IMG/VR virus record: IMGVR_UViG_3300036783_000080
Location: 64,001-128,000 of that record
Length of the DNA: 64,000 bases
Strand: one strand, 5' to 3'
DNA from: a virus
Lineage: Duplodnaviria > Caudoviricetes
Of this stretch, positions 48,631 through 56,778 are shown one piece after another; the first letter of the stretch is position 1, and each line of letters starts with the position of its first letter. A program made the translations under genes and the position numbers. Under the pieces are notes generated by a model, which had not been told where the DNA came from, ran no database searches, and saw only the letters and a list, made by a program, of their open reading frames with translations.

Positions 48631-49341
48631 TTACATAAATTCTTCACCAAATCCCCCATTCTTACGCTTCTGCTGGATATTCTCAATAATTCTTACAGTT
48701 GTGTTAAAACGTTCAGCAATGACCACCTGAGTGAGCTTTCCTTCCATTAGTAATAAAACAACTTCATAGCGTTCTTTGTAACTTAATGTTTTGTTTCCTT
48801 TCGGAACAAATGGAATATATTTCTCATCCATGTCTGGGTCAATATGACTCCAAGTTCTTCCATTCTTTATACTTCTGATAGTTCCTTCATCATGACCAAG
48901 TTCCCTCGCCACATCTGCTGCTGTTTTATCTGGTTGTGAATGGAAAATTCTTTTTATGTGAAGAGCTTGCTCAACAGTTAATGTGGGAGCGTTTACTGTC
49001 TTATGTCTCTTTCTTCTTTTCATATCATCCATATTATCTTGGTGCGTTCCCAGTTCTAAATGTTCTGGATTGATACAAAGACTGTTATCACACTTATGTC
49101 TGACAACCACACCATTTGGTATTGCTTCCCCGTGAGTAATAAACCACACATAGTGCGTGACTGTTAGTCCCTTTCCTTTGTTTCCTCTGGCTTGTGGATA
49201 ATTACTTCTGCAAACTCTGGGATAACCACTCACCGATATCTTATGACTCACGCACTCCCAACAATCTTTATTCTTAATATATTCTATCGGTTTACATATT
49301 TTCTTAACATCGTTCGGCTCTTGTAATGTATATGTTTTCAT
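48631..49341 (-). CDS. free-standing HNH homing endonuclease with C-terminal HTHs
   Basis: CWE, VVRHKCDNSLCINPEHLELGTHQDNMDD. Confidence 0.88.
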   Translation of the reverse strand: MKTYTLQEPNDVKKICKPIEYIKNKDCWECVSHKISVSGYPRVCRSNYPQARGNKGKGLTVTHYVWFITHGEAIPNGVVVRHKCDNSLCINPEHLELGTHQDNMDDMKRRKRHKTVNAPTLTVEQALHIKRIFHSQPDKTAADVARELGHDEGTIRSIKNGRTWSHIDPDMDEKYIPFVPKGNKTLSYKERYEVVLLLMEGKLTQVVIAERFNTTVRIIENIQQKRKNGGFGEEFM

Positions 49342-49381
49342 TAAAAATCCCTCCTGGGTAATATAAGGAGGGATTTCAAAA

Positions 49382-50473
49382 TTATACTCTTGGTTTCAAG
49401 TTGTCAACATCTGGAGTTCTTAGTTTCATCTTTTTCTTTGGACGTTTTCCTTTTGCAAAGTCATATCCTCTTTCTGTACAGTAAGAGTTGAAATACTTCT
49501 GACTTTCGCAGAACCATCCTTCAAAACAACGTAAATCCAGTTCAGCATCTTCGTTTTGATATTTGTATTCAAGTCCTAACTTCTCAAACATAGCGTTGGC
49601 AACACTTGCTGTAAAGAATACAAGTTCAGTATAAGACATATTACCTTTGTTCTCAAACACATAGTCAACACCCTTTTTGCAACCTGGCCCGCAATTCGTC
49701 CAATAATCCGCTGTCCAGTTAACAAAAGGAATATCAGTCATTTCTTCAACCATAGCTAAATCCAAGCACACTTCATAAGAGTTAAACATTCCAACAGCAG
49801 GAACTCGTGTCAGATAGTTGACTACTGATTCCATGTTATTCTTTTTATTGAATACAAAGTCAGCAATCTCATCTAAGTTGTCAATTACATATTGTAACAG
49901 ACAAATAGCATTCTCTGTTTTGTCGCCGCTCTTTTCTTTATCTGGATTGGCTGATTTTAAATCGTTTACAAAGTAAGCGTCAGTGAAGATTGTTTTTCCT
50001 TGACGTTTACGTTCTCTCAGGTTGGCTTTTGCTCGTTCCCAATCAGATGAGAATGTTTCTGGGTGAATGTATCCGATTATATCCCATGTTTCAGGTCGTA
50101 CAAACAAGCGATAGATGAAAGTGTTTAACAGAAGATACTTTCTTGACTCATCTGTATCCTTTAAGTTTGGAAGAACGTTATCAATGTAATGTAACGTTAC
50201 ACGGTCAAGCTTTCTGTCAACATTAGTGAAATGATATGTTCCCATGATTGGGTCTGTTGTCCAAGGCTTTGGCTCCTGCTCCATAACACGTTTGTACCAG
50301 ATATTTTGACGTTCAACCATATTTCTGAAGTACATTTCAAAGAAAGTTACTCCTGTTTCTGGGTCAACACGCAACTTTACATCATCATTAGGTGTATTAA
50401 TGTATTGTTCTTCCCAGTAAGGTTTATTTTCACGATTTAACGAACGCAAGAAAGCTCCATCAGTTTGTTTCAT
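49382..50473 (-). CDS. 5-hydroxymethyluracil DNA kinase (aGPT-PPlase clade 1)
   Basis: ERQNIW.KR, PWTTDPIM..YHFTNVDR.LDR, G.F.SYEV..DL, GPG.KKG, E...CE..KY. Confidence 0.85.
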   Translation of the reverse strand: MKQTDGAFLRSLNRENKPYWEEQYINTPNDDVKLRVDPETGVTFFEMYFRNMVERQNIWYKRVMEQEPKPWTTDPIMGTYHFTNVDRKLDRVTLHYIDNVLPNLKDTDESRKYLLLNTFIYRLFVRPETWDIIGYIHPETFSSDWERAKANLRERKRQGKTIFTDAYFVNDLKSANPDKEKSGDKTENAICLLQYVIDNLDEIADFVFNKKNNMESVVNYLTRVPAVGMFNSYEVCLDLAMVEEMTDIPFVNWTADYWTNCGPGCKKGVDYVFENKGNMSYTELVFFTASVANAMFEKLGLEYKYQNEDAELDLRCFEGWFCESQKYFNSYCTERGYDFAKGKRPKKKMKLRTPDVDNLKPRV

Positions 50474-50485
50474 TTCAATTCCTCC

Positions 50486-50755
50486 TTATAATTTGTTTAC
50501 ATAGTATGTCTTTACAATATGACAAATAGTTACTTCTTCTGAGTACATACCGCCAGTCTCAATAGACTCGGCTTTGTAAGTGGTTCCAAGGTCTACAATT
50601 TCATATCGAACGTTGTCAATTGTTATTCTTTCCCCAACCATATGTCTCATATCCGTTAGCGATTTAGATGTAAACGACATCACATCTTTATCTTCGCACA
50701 TGAATATAATAGTATGTTTTACATTCTCAATTGGTTGTATCTTCAATTCTGTCAC
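50486..50755 (-). CDS. hypothetical protein
   Basis: 89-aa ORF within modification cluster. Confidence 0.6.
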   Translation of the reverse strand: MTELKIQPIENVKHTIIFMCEDKDVMSFTSKSLTDMRHMVGERITIDNVRYEIVDLGTTYKAESIETGGMYSEEVTICHIVKTYYVNKL

Positions 50756-50756
50756 C

Positions 50757-51461
50757 TCATCTCGAAAATTCTTTTACATAGTTTAAGAATTGTTTTAAAG
50801 TGTCCTGCTTCTTGATAGAACTATTATCAACGACTATACTGTTTAATCCTTCATTTGCGAACTTCTCAGCGTTACGTTGTACAGTTCTCCACTTTCCTTC
50901 AATCTGTTCAACTTTGATTTTATGGAAAGTATCAGGAGAACGTCCTTTAATACGTTCTAAACAAACTTCAAAAGGTGGTAAAAGGTTGTATATGAGAATG
51001 TCTCTATGTGGGCTTTGTCTCTCTTCCAGCTCTTTAAATAGATTTAAGTATGTTGAGTAAATCGTTGAAGAAATTACACCCTCCATAAGTATGCTGAAAG
51101 GAGTCTCCCATAATGATTCAAGCGTTTGTAGTGTCTCCTCATTCCCTTTAAATCCATCCAAGCCGCCTGTCTTCGTTCTGTAACGTCCCATTGCTACAAA
51201 TCCGAATGAAGGGAAAACAGTTGCTCTATCTTTTCCATCAATCGTGAATATAAATGCTCCTCTGTCTTCTGCTAACATAGATAGTGGAACTGTAGATTTT
51301 CCTGAACCATTACATCCTCTAATATTAACAAGCATTAGTCCTTTGCGGTACTTTATTCTGCCGCCGCAGTTTTGTTTCAATGTTTCTATGAACTCTGATA
51401 CTTCAATTCGTTTTAGTTTGATAGAACTTCGTTCCATTTTATCACCTCTAGTATCAATCAT
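50757..51461 (-). CDS. P-loop nucleotide kinase of thymine-hypermodification clusters
   Basis: NIRGCNGSGKST, G.Y...TGGLD, LMEG, CLERIKGR. Confidence 0.75.
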   Translation of the reverse strand: MIDTRGDKMERSSIKLKRIEVSEFIETLKQNCGGRIKYRKGLMLVNIRGCNGSGKSTVPLSMLAEDRGAFIFTIDGKDRATVFPSFGFVAMGRYRTKTGGLDGFKGNEETLQTLESLWETPFSILMEGVISSTIYSTYLNLFKELEERQSPHRDILIYNLLPPFEVCLERIKGRSPDTFHKIKVEQIEGKWRTVQRNAEKFANEGLNSIVVDNSSIKKQDTLKQFLNYVKEFSR

Positions 51462-51482
51462 AGTTTCACCTCCAACGAGTTA

Positions 51483-51520
51483 GTACATAATAAAACGTTG
51501 GAGGTGAAAAGTTTTCTCCT
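51483..51520 (-). promoter_or_regulatory. phage-sigma (middle-type) promoter overlapping a 14-bp inverted repeat
   Basis: AGGAGA-19-TTTTATTAT. Confidence 0.7.
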
Positions 51521-54137
51521 ATTCTTCAGTAGGTTGAAGTCCACTATAATGAGCCTTGTCTAACACGTTGAGCTTTGCTTTACTACCTACAAGGAAGCCT
51601 TCAATGGTTTGTAAGAATGCTTGTTTGTAGTCTGGTTTAACAACCCACATATCGTCAACTTTTTCATAATACGTCATAACCTTCTCAAATAGCTCTTCAT
51701 CTTTGAGTTGGTCTTCAAGCTCTGAAATCTCTTCTGGAGTGAATGACGCAAAGCTGACTTCAATCATTGGAGTCCAATTCTTCAGTTTGTCTACAACTGA
51801 AACGACATCCTGTCTTGATACAATCCCAGGAATAATAGGTGAGATTGCTAGAATTGTATAAACGCCAGCATTGAAGCACTTAATAAAGCTCTCAATGATT
51901 TGGTCTGGTGTATGAGCCTTCTTCGTTGGATAGACTGACTTCCATTTGTTGTTATCCATAGTGTTCAGATGAACTCTGACTTCACTCTGTGGATGTTGAG
52001 CTAATGCTTCCACAGCCCAATCGGGGACAACTCTTCTTGTTTCAACAGAAATTGGAATGTCATGTTTTACGCAAAACTCAAAGATTGGTTGAGTTGCTTG
52101 ATGACGTTCCTCACGATAATGGAAAGGTTCAATTGGGAAGTAACACTCATCGTAACGTTGTCCAGCATCAAGATTCTGCTTCAGAAGTTCGCCATAATGT
52201 TTGTTCACACGTTTACTTCCATACGGTGCTGCAACAAAGATTCCTGAGCTTCTTTCCGTTTTAATTGGTTGTCGCACTTCCTCTTCCTCCTGTTCAGGTT
52301 CTTCCTGCTTCTGTGGTTCTGGTTGTTTCTCTTCTGGCTCTTCAAATTCTTCCTCTACTCTTTTGGCTTCATCTATTTCAGCCATAAGCTCAGCATACGT
52401 TTTTCCCTGCGGAGGTTTCACAGTTATTGCTTCTTTATCTTCTTTTTCAGGTTTGGGTTTATGAACAATGTTATCTAATATCTCGTTAACATCATCATCT
52501 CCATCCTCTTCTTCATCGTCGTCATCATCGCCATTCCCAGCCATCTGCTCCATTAAACTTGCGATAAAGTTGTCTGGCTCTTCTGACTGTTCTGCTTTCT
52601 TCTCTGGCTGTTTCTTCTCTTCTTTGACTTCTTCTTCAGGAGCTTCTTCAACCACGTCCTCCTCTTCAACGTCACAAGGCTCTGGTTGAGGCTCTGGCTT
52701 TGGTTCTTCCTTAACCTCTCCTTTTGGCATATTTACAGGAGCTGACTTTGGTGGGAGAACTAAGTCATTGTATTCAGAAATCAATAGGATTTCTTTGTCA
52801 AGTTTCCCTAAAATGCTTTCAAACTCAGATTTATTCGCTCTTTGAACTCCATTTAATGAAGCTACAAGAACAAGTTGTTGAAGTTCTTCTGGAAGAATAT
52901 CCAAGTATTCTCTGTAGTCCATGTCAGTCGTTCCAGAACGTAGGATATAATTGACAACCCATTCTACACATTGCACACGGAAGATTCCATCAATGTCAAG
53001 AATCGCTTGTTTAATAGTATAGTTATCCACATACTCCAATGCACGTTTCGTAGGTCTAGAAACAATACCTTTCTCAAGCATCGTTCCAAGGACTCTGTGA
53101 GCAATTGTCATATCTGCTACTTTCATAGCTTTTACCCATTCTTTGTAGTATTGAGATTGTAACATCTCTATCTTCTTGTCACCTTGTTCAAAATCACCAT
53201 AACGGAAGTCTTGTTCAGCAAGCTCCTTCAGTAACCACTCACGCTCAAAGTCTTCCTTCGTTTTGAAGACTGGGAACTCTCTTTCTTCGTAATAATGTTT
53301 AATCCATTTGTGGTTCTCCCAATATGCATAACGGGCTGCCCATCTCTCTTTATCCCGTCCAAAGTTCTTCTGCCACAGACGGTTGATTGTGAAAGTCATT
53401 AAGCCGCTACCCTTTTTCATGTGTCCGCCAATCCATTTAGAAGGTTCAGCAAATCGGAATAAATCATCATAGATATGTCCATCCCATACTAGTGAACGAG
53501 AATAAACATTGTTTGTGATACCTTTGGATGAGTAATTGAAATGCCAAGTTAATGGGCAAGGAATCCGTTGATGTTGAGAATCGCTCCAACGTTTCATTTC
53601 CATAAGTTCTTTCTGGATGTATCTGCGTCTTGTATATTCTAACAAGTCACGCTCATAATGCCAGAATGTAACAATCCCTTTGTCATTCCCTTTATCTTGT
53701 AGCAGAAGGTCTTTTACAGCGTGTAACTGACCACGTCCTCCAACACGTTGCATATTCTGATATGAAGTGTTAGGAAAGATTTCATCACGCTCCATCATAA
53801 TATCAAGCTGTGTTCTATCGTGTTCAGGTCGCCCAGTTTCAAGTCGGTAGTCCCAATCAGTCGTTCCGTGCCCTTTTACACGTGACATACGTCTTTGGTC
53901 ATATCGAACATCTAAGCCACAACCGATACCCAGTTCACCTTCTACAACATCAGAGTTAACACGAAGATACCAAAATAATGGGTCTGTATTGTGAGGCATA
54001 AACGTAACATAGTTGTCTTGCGTGTTATTTACTTGAAGGAAAACATTTCGCATATCGTAATTATTGTCAATCATTGCCTTCAAGGTTTTCATATAAGCAT
54101 CCCAACAGTTTTCTGCTTCAATAACGTTAAAAGCCAC
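51519..54137 (-). CDS. divergent thymidylate-synthase-like domain, acidic linker and degenerate radical-SAM (SplB-like) domain fusion
   Basis: aligns by eye with 46942-48105 (IPC...VYSRS); C-terminal EPF..E...T, ISVETR, AGV...AISPIIPGI without CxxxCxxC. Confidence 0.65.
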   Translation of the reverse strand: MAFNVIEAENCWDAYMKTLKAMIDNNYDMRNVFLQVNNTQDNYVTFMPHNTDPLFWYLRVNSDVVEGELGIGCGLDVRYDQRRMSRVKGHGTTDWDYRLETGRPEHDRTQLDIMMERDEIFPNTSYQNMQRVGGRGQLHAVKDLLLQDKGNDKGIVTFWHYERDLLEYTRRRYIQKELMEMKRWSDSQHQRIPCPLTWHFNYSSKGITNNVYSRSLVWDGHIYDDLFRFAEPSKWIGGHMKKGSGLMTFTINRLWQKNFGRDKERWAARYAYWENHKWIKHYYEEREFPVFKTKEDFEREWLLKELAEQDFRYGDFEQGDKKIEMLQSQYYKEWVKAMKVADMTIAHRVLGTMLEKGIVSRPTKRALEYVDNYTIKQAILDIDGIFRVQCVEWVVNYILRSGTTDMDYREYLDILPEELQQLVLVASLNGVQRANKSEFESILGKLDKEILLISEYNDLVLPPKSAPVNMPKGEVKEEPKPEPQPEPCDVEEEDVVEEAPEEEVKEEKKQPEKKAEQSEEPDNFIASLMEQMAGNGDDDDDEEEDGDDDVNEILDNIVHKPKPEKEDKEAITVKPPQGKTYAELMAEIDEAKRVEEEFEEPEEKQPEPQKQEEPEQEEEEVRQPIKTERSSGIFVAAPYGSKRVNKHYGELLKQNLDAGQRYDECYFPIEPFHYREERHQATQPIFEFCVKHDIPISVETRRVVPDWAVEALAQHPQSEVRVHLNTMDNNKWKSVYPTKKAHTPDQIIESFIKCFNAGVYTILAISPIIPGIVSRQDVVSVVDKLKNWTPMIEVSFASFTPEEISELEDQLKDEELFEKVMTYYEKVDDMWVVKPDYKQAFLQTIEGFLVGSKAKLNVLDKAHYSGLQPTEE

Positions 54138-54155
54138 TATTCAATCACTCCTGTT

Positions 54156-54623
54156 TTATTGATATGTTTTCTTTAAAGCCATAATAAGTCGCATTTTGTG
54201 AATGGCTGGACTTTCATAATGCTTACAAGTTCCGCCACGAGCTTCCAATAGGTCTTTAAGCTCTTCAACACTCATACCTTTAGTGTTTGGCATTCCTTCA
54301 GGGATTTCCTGCTGTTTCTTCTCTTTTTTCGGCTTCTCTTGTTTCTCTTCAACAGGAGCGGCTTCCACTTCTTTCTCTTCTGGTTCTTGCGGCTGAGTAG
54401 GGAATGGAACTTTTGGTTTGTTCGCTTCCGCATTCTTCAATGCCTGTTCCGTTTCAGGGTTGAGTTTCTTCATATCGTTGAACACGCTGTTCGATTTTGT
54501 CTTGGCTGCGCATTCCTGTTGTAAGTCGCACATCTTACATTCTTTCACCGTTGGTTCAAAAGCCTTTCCAAAACAAGGTGAACTTTCCATCTGGTTTAAT
54601 AAATCTGGGTCTGTAAATGCCAT
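54156..54623 (-). CDS. Cys4 metal-binding protein with C-terminal HeH-like module
   Basis: CFG...ECKMC....EC; MSVEELKDLL...MRLIMALKK. Confidence 0.55.
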   Translation of the reverse strand: MAFTDPDLLNQMESSPCFGKAFEPTVKECKMCDLQQECAAKTKSNSVFNDMKKLNPETEQALKNAEANKPKVPFPTQPQEPEEKEVEAAPVEEKQEKPKKEKKQQEIPEGMPNTKGMSVEELKDLLEARGGTCKHYESPAIHKMRLIMALKKTYQ

Positions 54624-55366
54624 TACGCAATAACCTCTCTTTCCTTGTTTATAACAAGTTCTGTAATAAACTTTATCTCTTTAATTGCATTGTCGAATTG
54701 TTTAGATGTAATACCAAGAGAGTCACGAATATGTTTGTATTTAACTTCAGCTTTACGTGGCAAGTTTACCTTTTTGCCTTGGTCACGTAAACATATTTTT
54801 CTTGCTCTATCTGCCCAAGAGTGCCACAATGTTTTAGGTGATGGATTAATAATCTCACATAAAACAGCGATAGCTATGTCTGAATCAAGATTGTCTCGAA
54901 TTTCTGCTGTCATTCGGTCATAACCTGATTCCACTTCATATGTAGGTGCTTCCCCAGTTGTTAAAAGAGCGGTTTCAAGGTCGTTTTCTCTTCTTGGCTT
55001 CGCCGCATCTTTAATCGCACGATACAGCGAAGTAGTAAATAACATTTTGAATTCTTCAATAGGAAGATGGTTATACTTGTCGTAAATGTCATACAGTTTA
55101 ATAATGCCAATTTGATACAAGTCTTCAACACTCAGAGATTGGTCAATGTAATTGGCTCTATCCAGATAGACTTCTTTCGCTGCGTGTTTTACCAAATTAA
55201 CGAACTTCGCATAAACAAAATCCCACTCCAACTTTGGTCTGTCCCCATGTTTGTTTTTCATAATGATGGGGATTCTCAGAATTTTCCCACTTTCATCCAC
55301 TGTTGGTTTCTTTTTATCTCTGTTAATGATGATTGGGATTCTCATAATAGTTCCGCTCTTGTGCAT
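54623..55366 (-). CDS. divergent sigma-factor-like protein
   Basis: VEDLYQIGIIKLYDIYDKY...F...FTTSL region 2; C-terminal HTH KHIRDSLGITSKQF. Confidence 0.6.
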   Translation of the reverse strand: MHKSGTIMRIPIIINRDKKKPTVDESGKILRIPIIMKNKHGDRPKLEWDFVYAKFVNLVKHAAKEVYLDRANYIDQSLSVEDLYQIGIIKLYDIYDKYNHLPIEEFKMLFTTSLYRAIKDAAKPRRENDLETALLTTGEAPTYEVESGYDRMTAEIRDNLDSDIAIAVLCEIINPSPKTLWHSWADRARKICLRDQGKKVNLPRKAEVKYKHIRDSLGITSKQFDNAIKEIKFITELVINKEREVIA

Positions 55367-55401
55367 TTCAGCCTTCCCCCATATTCAGTTTTCAAATTGT
55401 A

Positions 55402-55656
55402 TTACATCAAATCTTGTGCTTTTGTCAGAAACTCGTTTACAAGTTGTACTTCTTCAGAATCAAGGTGGAATCCTTTACCCTCTTTCCAAGGTTCTTCTGT
55501 GGACTTTCTCCACCATTTCTGAAGAGACACTTTCTTTTCCCCTTCTCTTTCAATTAACAATACACGTACCGACTGTGTTCCAGATTCTTTTTCCAAACTC
55601 CCAAGCTCTTTTACCACTTTTGTCTCTTTGTTATTGAAGATTAAATTCTCAACCAT
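55402..55656 (-). CDS. PC4/YdbC-family ssDNA-binding protein
   Basis: VSLQKWW......W..GKGF.L..EE. Confidence 0.7.
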   Translation of the reverse strand: MVENLIFNNKETKVVKELGSLEKESGTQSVRVLLIEREGEKKVSLQKWWRKSTEEPWKEGKGFHLDSEEVQLVNEFLTKAQDLM

Positions 55657-55659
55657 TTT

Positions 55660-55869
55660 CTATTCCTCCTCAATTTGGTATTCTATATTTAAAGAATCCA
55701 ATCTGTATTCACGTTTAAGCTGCTTCACCATCTTATTGAATACAGAAAACGGAATATCAGACAAATCCGATTCTAACAACCCTGTCGCCTTATCAATTCT
55801 GATGTAACCTTCTGGTGATTTAAGTTCAAGTGTCGCTTCATTGTTTTCAACTTCAAACTTGTCTTTCAC
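55660..55869 (-). CDS. hypothetical protein
   Basis: AAAGGGGAG RBS. Confidence 0.6.
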   Translation of the reverse strand: MKDKFEVENNEATLELKSPEGYIRIDKATGLLESDLSDIPFSVFNKMVKQLKREYRLDSLNIEYQIEEE

Positions 55870-55907
55870 TGAAACATACTCCCCTTTCAGTTAAAAACTA
55901 CTTGGGA

Positions 55908-56468
55908 TTATTTCCCAAGTAGTGGTAATATTACATCGTGTTTCGCTTTCAAGGATTCATACTTTTCTTTCCACATAAGAGCTTCTTGACGGAATTGTTC
56001 TTTTTCTGTGGCCAACTTTTCAGTTCTTGCGTACCCAGATTCAACGATAGATAACAAGTCAACACTCATCGTTGTAGTAGCTATTTGTTCAACTTTTGGT
56101 ACAATCTTCTTCACAGGCTTTTCTTTAGGAAGGGAAGCTTCAAGTTGAAGCTCCTCCTCTTTCCCAGCTTGTCCTACCTTTAAAGAGTATTGTGTGTCTT
56201 TATTCTTTTTCAACCAAGTTTCAGGAGATGCAGAATCAAGCGGCGTTCTCCCAAGGAAGTCCCCAAGGATTCCTCTTTTGTCAAGCTGAGTCATAGTTGA
56301 AAAGCGTGCTTGGATGGCTGAACTTGAAATGACTTTAAACTTCGTTGAAAGTTCTTCGCCCATCATTTGATACATAACGCCCATTTCCAAACCATCTTTC
56401 TTCGCTTCTGCAAGCGTTTCCCAGATATAGTTGTCTTGCTCAACTGTGTACTTCCCTACGTTAGCCAT
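55908..56468 (-). CDS. Myb/RsfA-like regulator with C-terminal coiled coil
   Basis: YTVEQD..I.ET......G.......GEEL......SAI..RF weakly resembles RsfA. Confidence 0.35.
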   Translation of the reverse strand: MANVGKYTVEQDNYIWETLAEAKKDGLEMGVMYQMMGEELSTKFKVISSSAIQARFSTMTQLDKRGILGDFLGRTPLDSASPETWLKKNKDTQYSLKVGQAGKEEELQLEASLPKEKPVKKIVPKVEQIATTTMSVDLLSIVESGYARTEKLATEKEQFRQEALMWKEKYESLKAKHDVILPLLGK

Positions 56469-56689
56469 TATTTGTTACCTCCCTTTTTCTTCTTCGTTTT
56501 AGGAACATATTTGTAAACCTTTTCCTGTTCGTAAACGTGAATATTTTCTTCAGGGATTCCAATAAATAACAGTGTGCGAACTAAGTTGTCTTTACCTGTT
56601 TCAGATTTCTTTATATCAGATAAAGTAGTACCAGTTTTAGAGCTTTTCCACATTACTAGGTATATTGTATTTTCGTTGTGCCAAGACAT
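56468..56689 (-). CDS. hypothetical protein
   Basis: GGAG RBS; middle-type promoter variant AGGAGA-19-TTCTGTTA at 56739-56771. Confidence 0.65.
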   Translation of the reverse strand: MSWHNENTIYLVMWKSSKTGTTLSDIKKSETGKDNLVRTLLFIGIPEENIHVYEQEKVYKYVPKTKKKKGGNK

Positions 56690-56778
56690 ATTCGTTTCTC
56701 CTCCATAACCAAATCTTTATATTTTTCCAGAACTTTACTAACAGAACGTTTACCTTGTAAAACTTTCTCCTGAGCTCA

